64,000 nucleotides of DNA from Octopus sinensis. Lineage: Eukaryota. The stretch spans positions 57,164,001 through 57,228,000 of the forward strand of contig NC_043003.1 of the NCBI RefSeq assembly GCF_006345805.1, in the 5' to 3' direction. Each line of letters opens with the position of its first letter. Position 1 is the stretch's first letter. The position numbers were made by a program, and so were the translations under genes. Below, in pieces: positions 38,575 through 52,215 of this stretch. Under the pieces are notes generated by a model. That model saw only the letters and a list, made by a program, of their open reading frames with translations. It did no database searches and was not told the origin of the DNA.

Positions 38575-38822
38575 TCTTTACTTCATTTATTTGTCTCAGT
38601 CATAGAAATGCTGAATTGTCATCCGTATTTCTGTTTGTTTCGGATTTTGCTGCCGAACAGCTAGGCTACGGAGGTCATGATCAAACTAACACCGATTGTC
38701 AAGCGGTGTAGAAGAATAAAAGACAAGCACAAAGACACACATATGTACGTACATACATACACACACACACAGACACACACACTAATACACACATGCACAC
38801 GCGCATACATACACACACACAT

Positions 38823-38853
<31 letters not shown>

Positions 38854-39348
38854 AAGCATAAGAAAATGGAGGGGATTAATAGATGGTATTCATCAACTTT
38901 TAGACATTATATTAGGTCAATCTATTTATTTACTAAAATGACAATTACAACAATATACATACATGTATTACATATTATGCGTTACATATATAAATTATAA
39001 AGATACCAGAAATTAATATTATATATGTAACGCATAATATGTTATACATGTATGTACATTGTTGTAATTGTCCTTTTAGTAAATTAATAAATTGACCTGA
39101 TATAATGTCTAAAAGTTGATGAATACCACCTATTGTCCCCCTCCATTTTCTTATTGCTCTATAAATTAATGGTAAAATAACTCTTTACCCTAACCCATTT
39201 AGTACACTCGATAATGTAATTGCAATGCAATAAAAAAAAAAGGCTTGTGTATTAATAATTGGGTATTCTATCAGTAGTATATTGGATAGATATTATCCCT
39301 TAGTTGGTTGGATTCACAACCTCTAACTTTAACCTCGGACCGTCGGAA

Positions 39349-39430
<82 letters not shown>

Positions 39431-39617
39431 GTGTGTGTATGTGTGTGTTCGACGAACGTCCATACAGTGTCCGTCTTCTAAATTTATTCACAAAGCTTTA
39501 TGCGTCCAGGGACTATATTAAAAGATACCTGCCCAAGTTGTTGCGCAGTAGGACTGGACACGGAACCATGTGGTTGCAAAGCGAGTATTGTAACTACACA
39601 TTCAGGCCGGCGCCTCT
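38575..39617 (-). mobile_element. Old SINE A, halves separated by about 700 bp
   Basis: 3' half at 38575-38720; 5' half at 39445-39617 (ggaaccatgtggttgc). Confidence 0.6.
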
Positions 39618-40264
39618 TGTAAGCGTTTATTGTTGAACTTGAGTAAATAAGTCCCTAAATTTTTGTTATGAGAGACTGTGGATATGACTCCCGCCTTGAC
39701 TCGCAATGCTATGAGTGGTCATTATAACTTGAAGAGGCCCTGTTTCGCCAAATCAGGCAAGCCGATTTATGCATATCAAAATATAGTAACAAATTCACTA
39801 ATGCTAGACCTGTTATTTAAACGTCTTTATATACATCATTTCCTAGAAAGCACAGATTTAGTTATGAAAACAAAGATAAAGCAGCGACAAAGGAAAATGA
39901 TCCAACAGTTACAGTATACGTTATGGTAACATATCAAAGAGGCGCTATATGAATGCTATGTTGAAAATAAATCAAGAGAAGATATACAAACTGTTGTAAG
40001 TATTCAGGAATGTTTAGAGAAATGACATATATGTATTCTTTTTACTAGATCTTTTAAATAAAAACAAGTAATAGCAAAAATCTCAAGTTGACATTTTTAA
40101 GCTTAGATCTCATAATGCGAGACATTTTTGAGCCAAATTGGTGAGAGAATATGTGTCAAGAAATAATCCTTGCTTTGCTTGTCATGTCGACGATTATTAT
40201 TAGGAAGATAGAAATGACAACAACAACAACAACAAAAATAACAATAACAATAATAATAATAATT

Positions 40265-40305
<41 letters not shown>

Positions 40306-40725
40306 GATAAGAGGAATCAGTAATATATTATGAATACTGACACGTTACAAAAGAAGAAGTGAAACAAAAACAAATGTATAAAAGGAACATTCCGGAAGAA
40401 AAAAAAATGAATATAAACAACATAGTTTAAATTATTAACCATGAAGATGTAGAACAAAGAATTCAGTGAAGCAAATTCAACAGGCAATTGGTTTTGTACA
40501 CAAATTTAGACAGTATAAGCTAACTAAACAAACACTGTACATCATTTCTTTGACATTATTCTATTTTAGTGTGAAAGATGTTCAGTAATTCCTAGAATAT
40601 TGTTTGTCATAAGTCATGGTTTTTATTCTTGCTCTCTCTCTCTCTTACTTTCTTTTATCTCTTCGCTTATATATGTGTATGCATGTGTTTGTGGTGATAG
40701 TGATGTGCGTATATATGAGTGTGTG

Positions 40726-40774
<49 letters not shown>

Positions 40775-41469
40775 GTATTTATAACGTAATCTTACGACCA
40801 ATGTATAAAGAATTATTTGAAGACTTGATAATGGAGTTTTTATCAGAATGTTAGCATAAATGTCTAAATGTTTCAATGTTCATTTGTTTTCGGTAATAAA
40901 CATGTGCGATTGCAGAACTTGATTCTTTTGTTGTCATAAAATAATTTCTATTAATATAAAGTGCGTTTCTATTATTAAAGACTTTTCTTTTTAAATATTG
41001 ATAACAAAAAATAAACTATACTAAAATTTCTTTTATAAAACTATAAATGATGAATGACATTTGTAGTCATCTGAACTTGTACAGTTTTAGGAACATTTAA
41101 CATTTAAATTAAGCGTAACTTATGCCAAACTCTATATCTCTTCCGATTGGCAATATCAACGATAGTAAAATTAATGGCGGAGAGTTGGCAGAAACAATAC
41201 TTCAGCATAGTAAATAATTTACGGTGTTTAGCTACATTTTTCTGGACTCTGAGTTCAAATCTCATTGATCTAAATATTGCCTTTCATCATTGCGGGGTCA
41301 ATAAAACACAAGTTAATTGCATTCTGGCTCATTACAATATTTTATATAGAGTTTACGCAAAACTTTTGTAAAATTCCACTAGTAATTGTTTACCATTAGC
41401 CATAGAATGCTTCACTTCTTTGTTAGATATCTTAATTCAATTTTATTCTAATAATTAATAAAGTTGTAA

Positions 41470-41657
41470 TAATCCTTTCTACTAAAGGCATAAGGTCTGA
41501 AAATTTGGGGGAAGGGACTACTCGATTACATCGACCCCGTGTTTCACTGGTACTTAATTTATAAATTCCGAAAGGATGAAAAGCAAAGTCGACCACAGTG
41601 GAATTTGAACTTAGAGCGTAGCGACGCGCGAAAGATTCTGCCAAGCTCGCCACCTTA
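41470..41657 (-). mobile_element. SINE B (B2) with an internal deletion
   Basis: aaggcataaggtctgaaaatttggggg tail, core and head end. Confidence 0.8.
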
Positions 41658-41959
41658 AAGAAAGTTGTAATAATACGAAGTTAAAGCTAGAGTATATATA
41701 ATGAACAAAAGTGCAAGTCAAGTTATTAAATCCGTAGAATGCGTCTGAAATCAACGTACGTCAAATTTCTGTTGATGATATTTCGAATGCGACGAAACTG
41801 TTCCCCAAAATGTCGTTAAGTTACTACATTCCAATATACTTTGACAATGCTATGGAAACAATTCCTGAAGTATACGCTGTAACATTTCTCCTTTGCTATA
41901 ATATGATTTCTGCATTGACGTATGTTCCTTGTAAGGGCCAACCACTTTTTATAGGAATA

Positions 41960-42008
<49 letters not shown>

Positions 42009-42031
42009 CATACACACACGCACGCATATAT

Positions 42032-42064
<33 letters not shown>

Positions 42065-42134
42065 ATATATATATAACGTTAATCCAAACAAGAAAACAGA
42101 AAAGACAACAACGCAAAGAGGTGGAACAATTAAA

Positions 42135-42188
<54 letters not shown>

Positions 42189-42570
42189 TATTATAGTAAT
42201 ATATATATGTATATATACATATATACATATATACATATATATATATAAAGGCGGGTGCTCCAGCATGGCTACAGTCAAATGACTGAAACAAGTAAAGGAA
42301 AAGAAAGAATAGGATATATATATATATAATATTCGCTGCTTTCTACCAAGGAATCTAGTGCTCTTAGCTTAGTTTTACTGGAGCAGTATATTCAGCCGAA
42401 ATTGCGAAGATAATCTGGTACTCGACTGAGGAAAAAAACACCAACTGACCCGTATTTATTTTCTTTGTATCGTTTATCTGGATGTTTTGTTATTCCATTT
42501 TTGTATCACCTAACTGTCCCGATGTTTTGCGTTATTTTCCCATTTTGCAATATATATATTATATATATAT

Positions 42571-42620
<50 letters not shown>

Positions 42621-42623
<3 letters not shown>

Positions 42624-43010
42624 TTATATATAAAAGTATGGTTGTGTGTCTGTCTACTCCGAATTAGATTCCTAACTACTCCCACATTTTGCGGTGCAGT
42701 TTAACCAAAACCGGGTATCTTATAGACGTGATTCATATCGAGCCCTTCTGGGTATTAGCACGCGTCTACGATGAGTCTACAAATTTTAAAATAATTTACC
42801 ATAATTTTTTCCATTTTAATGCATATTTTTTTAATATATGGGAAGTAACTCTCTAAAAATGTCTACGATGAGTCAACGATTTTTAAAAAAATTTACCATA
42901 ATTTTTTTTCCATTTTTAATGCATTTTTTGCTATTTTTGGGCTATAACTCTAAAAATGCTTTATAGTTATTTCCCTTACAAACCCGAGCAACGCCGGGCG
43001 ATACTGCTAG
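42621..43010 (+). mobile_element. Non-autonomous Helitron (390 bp)
   Basis: A|TC 5' end, subterminal hairpin cccgagcaacgccggg (42983-42998), CTAG|T 3' end, no TSD; internal direct repeat gtctacgatgagtc. Confidence 0.88.
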
Positions 43011-44535
43011 TATATATATATATATATGCACTAAAAGCAAATGCTGTTGTTAATTTAGGACACAAAACTCTTATACGCTCACTATTACTGAGATGGTCAT
43101 AAGGATAGATTCCTCAGTCACCTTCTCCGTAGGACCCTACCAGGAGCGACTGTCATTACAAACTTTGGCTCTATTCCCGAGCGTGGCCAACTGAGCATAT
43201 GGATGTTATTCAACCGCTACATGCTTCGTCTCCTGTCGGTTAGCTGAGAAGAATCTGTTTGGCGATTTTTCTTTCGATATTATAATTACATATCCACAGT
43301 GCCAGAATTGTGACCTCTCATTGCGGAGAAGAAACAATTCGCCTAAATGCCAACATAAAAGTTCTAGAGAAAACTTATATAGATGTTATAGAGGTCAGAT
43401 GCACCGTAAATGTGAACATTACTTGAGAAAAAATGAAGAAGGGAATACATACAGACTACTTTTACGTGACATGCGGTTTCAACAACATGGCTATAAATTC
43501 TAACTCATAACATATAATTATTGTTGGACTCGGTTATGTTGGTACAAGTCTAGATAATAATACAGAAAACTTAGGTTATGCATAAAGAGAAAACGACCAG
43601 CTAACACGCACTTTACAAATACAGTCTGTGTTACTCACAGTAAATACATACAACTTTCTAAACTTTAAAATAAAACTTTTTTTCCTGTTTTTATTATTTG
43701 GGTCCCGGTGATGCGGTATATTTCTTATAACTTTTACTTACAAATGATATACAAATATATACAGGATATCCATCTGAGCCGAAACACGAACTGAAGAAAT
43801 ATGTTGGCTTTCGTATTGTTAAATTTTGAATTCGATAAAATATACAATTTGTGTGTGGATGTGTAAGTCCGTGTATATATGTGTGTATGGGTATGTGTGT
43901 GTGTGCGTGCATGTATGTAGTAAAAAAGGTAGTGAATAAGGTTTTGTTTAGGGAGACCAAACTCCAGGGACGATTACAGGTAAACAAAATCCAAAATCCT
44001 GATAAGTGTGTGTACATACGGGTGTGTATTGTTGTACATGAATATACTCATACTAATATATACATATATTTATAAATATATGTATATATATGTGTGTGTG
44101 TGCGTGCGTGTGTGAGAGAGAGAGAGAGAGTGTGTGTGTGTATGTGTGTGTTTATAGAGGCTGGACTTGATTATTGACCGGACCTATTTTCCTCTTTTTG
44201 GCTACTCTAGATATACATCTGAGTCGAAGCCGAAGCATCAAGAATATGGGATCCCTTTCGTATTATTAAATGTTCTCTTTGATAAATTATACAATGATGT
44301 TCAATATATATTTTACTTTCTTCTTCATAGATTGTCATTTTGAAATTTGTAGTTGGTTTTGCACACCTTCGAGTAAAGTCTGGTCTGACACGGAAGGGAT
44401 GAATGCAGCGATAATTCACGATTTCGGAATTTCCAGAAATGTGAGCGGTATTATGTGCTATTTGTTAGACCCATACATGTTCAGCCGTTATATATGCAAA
44501 CACACACACACACACACACACACATATGTATATAC

Positions 44536-44578
<43 letters not shown>

Positions 44579-44656
44579 TGAATGCCTAATGAGAGTAAAC
44601 TGGTATCGTTTTGCGATAAATCCTTACTTTTAATTTATATGTATATACAGACAGAC

Positions 44657-44770
<114 letters not shown>

Positions 44771-44794
44771 TGATAGATAGATAGATAGATAGGT

Positions 44795-45340
44795 AGATAG
44801 ATAATGGAACAAAAACGTACTAGAGGACGATAAAACAACCGGACGGTTAGGCGATACAAAGGCGGACAGGAAAAATAACAATTAGAGGGAGAGGAAAAAA
44901 AGGACGTAGCTTTCTTTCGTCAGTTAAGTTATCAGATATCCTTACAGTTTCGAGCAGTTACACATGAGACTGTTCGATCTGGTTAAACCCCAAAACGTCT
45001 AAGCTAAGAGCATTAGATTTGTTGTAAGAAAGCTAGCGAATGTGTACGACAAGTAAGACAAAAAACGGAGAACATGGTTCCTGCCTTAAGGCTTTCGCTT
45101 TATACACGCCAGCTCAATTTCATTCGTCCTCAGCCGAAAGACACCTGTTGTTATATACTTGTTACTTGTAATTATGTACCATGTTCTCCGTATATATATA
45201 TGTAAATCTGGTAACTTGACTTGACGAAAGAAGGCGAGAAATGACCCGTCCTTTTTTCTTGTCCTCTAATTGTTGTATTTCTGTCCGTCTTTTTATCTGT
45301 CTCGATGTTTTATTGTCCTCTATTGTGTTTTTGTTTTATT
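44795..45340. mobile_element. Inverted pair of PLE-like terminal segments between microsatellites
   Basis: 44795-44940 is the diverged reverse complement of 45205-45340; a related segment lies at 42330-42550. Confidence 0.55.
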
Positions 45341-45395
45341 AATATATATATATTATATATATATTAATATATATATTATATATATAATATATATA

Positions 45396-45464
<69 letters not shown>

Positions 45465-46351
45465 GTGTATGTGTGTGTATAAGTACCATGATTGGTAAAG
45501 CCATATGTGTACCACGTTCTGTACGGTCATATATGGGGCGTGCAATGTGGTGGGTGTTTGGGTGTGTATGCATGCTAATATATATGCTGATATTACGTAC
45601 ATAAACGAATGCATACGTACGAATATACGTACATAGGGGAGTGCATGCGCGTACCCTAGTATGCTTGTGTCCGGTCGCGTGTGTGTCATACATACTAACG
45701 ATACACGGATATTAAATACGCTGTGTGGAACTATACAAGGCGAAGATGTTCCACTGGATGGGAGTCATTAGTGTGCCTGTGTGAAAAAATACAAAGAAAC
45801 AAAGAAAAGGACTAGGTAAGAGGAATCATACGTAATGAGCAAAAAAAAATGAATGTATTGGGACGGAATGTGTGAGGTGAATGGAAGATGATGGATGGGG
45901 AAAAGTGTGTTAAGCGATCCGTAGAGAAAGAACGTACGGACGACGAAATTAGGGCGCGGGGAAAGCGGAAAACTGACGAAGGGTTTTCTCTAGAAACAGA
46001 TTTTGCGAAGAATAGGGCAATATACTGCAACACGTGAGAAGGCGTTGTGCTGTGCTGAAGAGGGTTTCCCTAAACCATGCAACCCGGAGCCATGACGGAA
46101 ATTATTTGCAGACGTATAAGTGTGCATGCGTATGTCTATATGCACGTGCATGTGTGTGTATTTACATTACATTATTTATGTACATGTATGCATGAATGCA
46201 AATACTGCGCACATTGACACATGTAAACATGCATACACAGAGACATGCACATATATATGCATGTACACATGTAAAACATCACTACCAATAATACCATCAC
46301 TTCATATTTTACAAACATATTACATACATAAAAAATGGATACATACATATA

Positions 46352-46386
<35 letters not shown>

Positions 46387-46543
46387 CTATACATGGATAT
46401 ATATACATATATATATACAATATATTCATATATATGCATATATAATATATATAGACACGCATATATGTGCATATATGTGTGTATACATATACGCATACAC
46501 ACAAATATGTGTGTATAATAGATATGTTTGTATACATATGAAC

Positions 46544-46574
<31 letters not shown>

Positions 46575-46603
46575 TATATACTCACTTATCAACAAAGACA
46601 CAA

Positions 46604-46635
<32 letters not shown>

Positions 46636-47151
46636 GTATACGTACATTTATATTCTTGCATTTATACGTACATATTCACATACATGCAAATATTATTAAT
46701 ATATGCATATACAGAAACATGTAAACATAAATATATTCATAAATATACATCCATATACGTGAAGATGAAAATATCCTGATATTTTTGTGATTAGTTTGTT
46801 TGTATATATCACTACATGACACTGAAAAAGTAACACACAACACGGGATACATAAAGTGTTTTAGAAAGAATTCGTTTTCTTAATTCCTCAGACACATTTC
46901 GAGCACACGAATCAATCATGTTTTCAACAGATTCATAACTATAAACGATAAAGAAACCGAGTAGTCACGTGGGAACGGATTGCTTAAAGGCTAATGTGTT
47001 TAGCAAATGAAAATACCAGTTGAAGATAAAGTGATTGAAGAGTTAGAGGAGGTAGAATGGTAAGTAGTGTTTGTATGAAAGGAGAGGAGCGAGTGAGAAG
47101 GGAGAAAAATGAAGCAGTTATGGTTTTAATGAAAATGGTGATGCTGATGAA

Positions 47152-47196
<45 letters not shown>

Positions 47197-47263
47197 TTAT
47201 GAAGATGATGATGATGATGGTTGTGGTTGTGGTGGTGGTGGTGGTGGTGGTGGTGGTGGTGGT

Positions 47264-47790
47264 GGTAATGAAGCTTATGAGTTGAGGATGAAGAGGAGGA
47301 GGAGGAGGATAGGACGAGGAGGGTGGAAGTGTCGGCAGTAAAAAAAAAACTTACATGACGACGACGACGACGACATTGTTGCTGGTGTTGTTTCAAGTGC
47401 TGCTACTGCTACTGCTGCTGCTGATGTTGATGATCATGAAACGATGATGATGACGACGACGATGATGACAATGACGATGATGACGATGACAACGACGACA
47501 ACGGTGGTGGTGGTGGTGGTGGTAATGAAGCTTATGAGTTGAGGAAAGAGGAGGAGGAGGAGGATAGGACGAGGAGGGTGGAAGTGTCGGCAGTAAAAAA
47601 AAAACTTACATGACGACGACGACGACGACATTGTTGCTGGTGTTGTTCAAGTGCTGCTACTGCTACTGCTGCTGCTGATGTTGATGATCATGATAACGAT
47701 GATGATGACGACGACGATGATGATGACGACGACGATGATGACAATGACGATGATGACGACGACAACGACGACAACGGTGGTGGTGGTGGT
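47264..47790. repeat. Tandem duplication (period about 257 bp) of a mixed-triplet block
   Basis: ggtaatgaagcttatgagttgagga at 47264 and 47521, with near-identical downstream unique spacers. Confidence 0.9.
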
Positions 47791-48114
47791 GGTGGAAGTG
47801 GTTGTTGCCGTCGTCATGACGACAGTGACGATCATCATCATCATCATCATCATTGTCATCATTGTGAGCAAAATAGAAACAAATTCGCAAGACAAGAAAT
47901 ATGGAGAAAACATAAGGATAAATGGGAAAAAAAATGTTAATATATATAAGAGAAAAATAAGACAGAATAGGAAATAAAGATGAAGCATTTCTCTCAAGAA
48001 CATAACCAGCACCGACACCTTTTCTAGCAGACTCGATATTCCAAACAACTACCAATACCAGCATCACCAGCGATTCTAGCGAAATTTTCGCCATTATTGC
48101 CATCACCAATATCC

Positions 48115-49140
48115 TTTTCTGTTCTAGGCACAAGGCCTGATATTTTAGAGAAGTGGGTCAGTGGATTAGATTGACCCCAGTGCACAACTGGTACTTAATT
48201 TATCAACCCCGAACTATGAAAGGCAAAGTCGACTTCGGCGGAACTTGAACTCAGAACATAAAGAGAGACGAAATACCGCTAAGCATTTCGCCCGGCATGC
48301 TAACGTTGCTTGTTTCTTTATTGCCCACAAGGGGCTAAACATAGAGGGTACAAACAAGAACAGACAAAGGGATTAAGTCGATTACATCGACCCCAGTGCC
48401 TGATTGTTACTTAATTTATCGACCCCGAAGGGATGAAAGGCAAAGTCGACTTCGGTGGAATTTGAACTCAGAACGTAGCAGCAGATGAAATATCTATTTC
48501 TTTACTAACCCTCAAGGGACAAACAAGGACAGATAAACGGATTATGTCGATTATATCGACCCCAGTGCTTAACTGGTACTTATTTAATCGACCCCGAACG
48601 GATGAAAGGCAAAGTCGACCTCGGCGGAACTTGAACTCAGAACATAAAGACAGACGAAATACCGCTAAGCATTTCGCCCGGCATGCTAACGTTGCTTGTT
48701 TCTTTATTGCCCACAAGGGGCTAAACATAGAGTGGATAAACAAGGACAGACAAACGGATTAAGTCGATTATATCGACCCCAGTGCGTAACTGGTACTTAT
48801 TTAATCGATCCCGAAAGGATGAAAGGCAAAGTCGACCTCGGCGGAATTTGAACTCAGAACGCAGCGGCAGACGAAGTACGCTAAGCATTTCGTCCGGCGT
48901 GCTAACGATTCTGCCAGCTCGCCGCCTTCTTAATCTTTTCTACTCTATGCACAATGCCTGAAATTTAAGAGGAGGGGCCAGTCGTTTAGACCGACCCCAG
49001 TGCTTAAGTGGTAATTTAGCAACCCCGAAACGATTAAAGGCAAAGTCGACCTCGGTGGAATGTGAACTCAGAACATAAAGATAGACGAAATACCTCTAAG
49101 CATTTCGCCCGGCGTGCTAACGTTTCTCTCAGCTCACCGC
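48115..49140 (-). mobile_element. SINE B multimer plus an adjacent B2 copy
   Basis: Repeated cores; junction types gaaatatc|tatttc (about 48495) and gctaacgttgcttg|tttc (48301, 48687). Confidence 0.9.
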
Positions 49141-49373
49141 ATTCTTATTGCCATCACCAATATCATCAACTGCAACAACAGCTATAGTAACAATAATATT
49201 AGTAGGAATGCTAAAGGCAAACAAACCACCGAAAGCAACAAGCTTTTCAGCGATATTGTATCTGTGTTTGGTTTGTTCTTCTTATCATTATAATATTTGT
49301 TTTCTTTTCTTTCCGCAAATATTATACTTGAAGCTAAAACGAATTTTACCAATCTGCTATATAAATACATACA

Positions 49374-49438
<65 letters not shown>

Positions 49439-49559
49439 AAATTTGCAATAGGACAACTACGAATAAGGAAAAACTTAACAAGAAATTGTCAGGTAGATAG
49501 CGTAAAAACCTCATAAGAGAAAAAATTTCGAAAATAATTATTTCTTATTGAACATATTA

Positions 49560-49748
49560 ATTTATATATAGAGGGCATTATACATACATGCCAGGAGGAT
49601 TCTACATACACGCCATACGCTAAGAGGACAATCAGTCATTTCTACCAAAAATATTTTTGGTAGAAATGACTGATTGTCCCTCTTAGCGTATCGGCGTGTA
49701 TGTAGAATGCCTCCTGGCATGTATGTATAATGCCCTCTATATATAAAT
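49560..49748. repeat. Loopless palindrome (MITE-like)
   Basis: Centre aaaaat|attttt at 49652/49653; arms match except for three 1-nt indels. Confidence 0.95.
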
Positions 49749-50089
49749 ATATATATATATATATAATTATATATGTATTGGTGGTTGTGTGGGGTGGTTG
49801 TATACGTATAATATGTATATAGTAGATAAAGAGAATAGAAAGGCACAGTCGATTTAAGTGGAATTTGAACTCAGAACGTCAAGACGGACGAAATGCCGCT
49901 AAGCATTTTACCCGGCGTGCCAACGATTCTTCCAGCTCATTGCATTAATAATAATAATAATCCTTTCTACTGAAGGTACAAGGCCTCTAATTTGTGGGTA
50001 GGCCTTGGTGGCATTTGAACTCAAAGCGTGAAACAGGTGTTCTAACGATTTTGCCAGCTCACCGTCTTAAGAATAATAATAATGATAAT

Positions 50090-50307
50090 AAACCTTTCTA
50101 CTAGAAAGGCTTCATATTTGGGGGAAGTGGAGAAGGGATTAAGTTGATTACATTGACCCCAGTGCGTAACTGGTACTTATTTAATCGACTACGAAAGGAT
50201 GAAAGGCAAAGTCGATCTCGGCGGAATTTGTACTCACGACGTAGCGACGGGCGAACTACTGCTTAGCATTTCGTCCAGTGTGCTAACAATTCTGCCAGCT
50301 CCCCGCC

Positions 50308-50310
<3 letters not shown>
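50090..50310 (-). mobile_element. SINE B (with partial copies at 49840-50065)
   Basis: Core and head present. Confidence 0.85.
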
Positions 50311-50352
<42 letters not shown>

Positions 50353-50470
50353 GAATTCGATAATTGAAAAGAACAGATAGCATGATACTGTATACTGCAG
50401 GCATCAAGCCATTTATGGCTGGAAGATTCCAGGAGTGAATGCAATGCTGAGGTAAAAAGAAATAATAATA

Positions 50471-50523
<53 letters not shown>

Positions 50524-50541
50524 GTAATAATAATAGTAATA

Positions 50542-50616
<75 letters not shown>

Positions 50617-50659
50617 GAAATAATAATAATAATAGAAATATGTACACAAAACACGACAC

Positions 50660-50806
50660 CTGCAGGAATGACTTAAATAAAGAAGAGAATGTGACAGGTC
50701 CCTCGATCTGAGTACGAAGGTCTTGACATGGTGGTTAATGCAGATGCCAATGGATTTGGACTCATTGTGGATGAGGAATTGAAGAAGACATATGTGAAGG
50801 AAATAC
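50660..50806 (-). CDS. Candidate exon Y (GISFTYVFFNSSSTMSP.., in-frame TAA at 50675-50673)
   Basis: Acceptor catattctacag|G, donor CAG|gtgtcg, 147 nt; the frame joins exon X. Confidence 0.25.
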
Positions 50807-51350
50807 CTGTAGAATATGATGAATTATTGATCTAAAGAGTTCCGGAACGTGATGTCATTGCTATACATAATCGTTTTTGGCTTAAGAGAAATTCTTCTTT
50901 CACGTTCAAGTCTACCTGCTTTCAAATAGCAGCAGCAGCAGCAACAACAACATCAGCAACTGCAGCTGCAGTAGTAGTAGTAGTAGTACTAGTAGTAGTA
51001 GTAGTAATAGTAGTAGTAGTAGTAGTAGTAGTAGTATATTTTGACGTTTTGTTCCAGTTTATTATTCCTGAACGTGCATATTTCATGTCAAGGATATTCC
51101 TGACGTGGCCATCTCATTTACCCAAAATGACTTATTCGTTCTCTTTATGAGAGAAACTTGTGATTTTAAAGAGCTTTTACGTAAATGTTCTCTCGTTAGT
51201 TTGTGCCATATTTGAGTGAAAAATTTGTTTTTACGCAAGAAAAGTCTAAGTCAGTTACACAGAAATTTTCAAAAATATCAAGTGGATCTCCACTGGTTTC
51301 GACGATGAAACTGTTAAATAAAATGAAACTCCTTGTTTTAATCGACTGAC

Positions 51351-51417
51351 CTACCAATTCCTTAAATTCCACTATCAATGACTGAGTGTTCGACACAATT
51401 TTATCGCTCACATAAGC
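51351..51417 (-). CDS. Candidate exon X (AYVSDKIVSNTQSLIVEFKELV), loosely CUB-like
   Basis: Acceptor tatctacttcag|G, donor TAG|gtcagt; only one frame is open. Confidence 0.3.
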
Positions 51418-51624
51418 CTGAAGTAGATACAGCGTGACTCAGAGTGCATGTGACAAGACTACACTCACAGTTTCTCACAATTCAATTTCAGTCACATACC
51501 GAGACTTTGGCAGTAGATATTTACCCAAGACGTAATATGATAAGATCGGACACCAGACCTTGTGATTACGAAGCTACTATCTAGATCCTTGCGTCCATTT
51601 ACTTCAATTACAGATACGCATACA

Positions 51625-51790
51625 TCTTTAAGGAGTGGTCGTGTGGTTAGAAATTTGCTTTCATGCCACATGATTTCAGGTTCAGTCCCACTATATCGTA
51701 CGTTGGGCAAGTGTCTCCTACCACAGTCCCTGGCGATCAAAGTTTGTGTGTGAATTTGGTGAATGGAAACTGAAAGAATGTTCTATATAT
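51625..51790 (+). mobile_element. SINE A 5' half
   Basis: gtggtcgtgtggttagaa..ggttcagtccca..gaatggaaactgaaag. Confidence 0.8.
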
Positions 51791-51804
51791 ATGTATGTGT
51801 ATAT

Positions 51805-51835
<31 letters not shown>

Positions 51836-51969
51836 TATATACATACATACACACACACAGACAAACACACACGCACAAACATACATGTATATATAATATA
51901 TATATATATAATATATATATATACACACACATATGAGTGAATATTCAAATGAACACTCGTAAAGATGCG

Positions 51970-52215
51970 TTTATTATTGAGTGGGAGAGCAGTGCATGTC
52001 ATCAAAGTGATATTGGGGTAAAATATACGAAGCCCAGTATACCCATCATGACTACTCGTTTGATAAGGGTACACTAGGCACATGCATCACAACCATATGT
52101 GCGCGACATGACGATCTCATATCAAGATAAACAGCTCATGACCTAGCAAGTGGGGCCCAGTTAGAGTTTTCTTCTCGTTATGTAGCCTATCCCACTCAAA
52201 ATAGGGGCTGAACAC
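51970..52215 (+). repeat. Interspersed repeat F, copy 1
   Basis: Homologous to 60005-60365 (ttattgagtgg/gagagcag..atatcaagataaac..ccagttag). Confidence 0.75.

Noticed and set aside
50698-50835. Plus-strand peptide VPRSEYEGLDMVVNADANGFGLIVDEE..
   Set aside because: No polypyrimidine tract and an upstream in-frame stop; the minus-strand splice signals are better.
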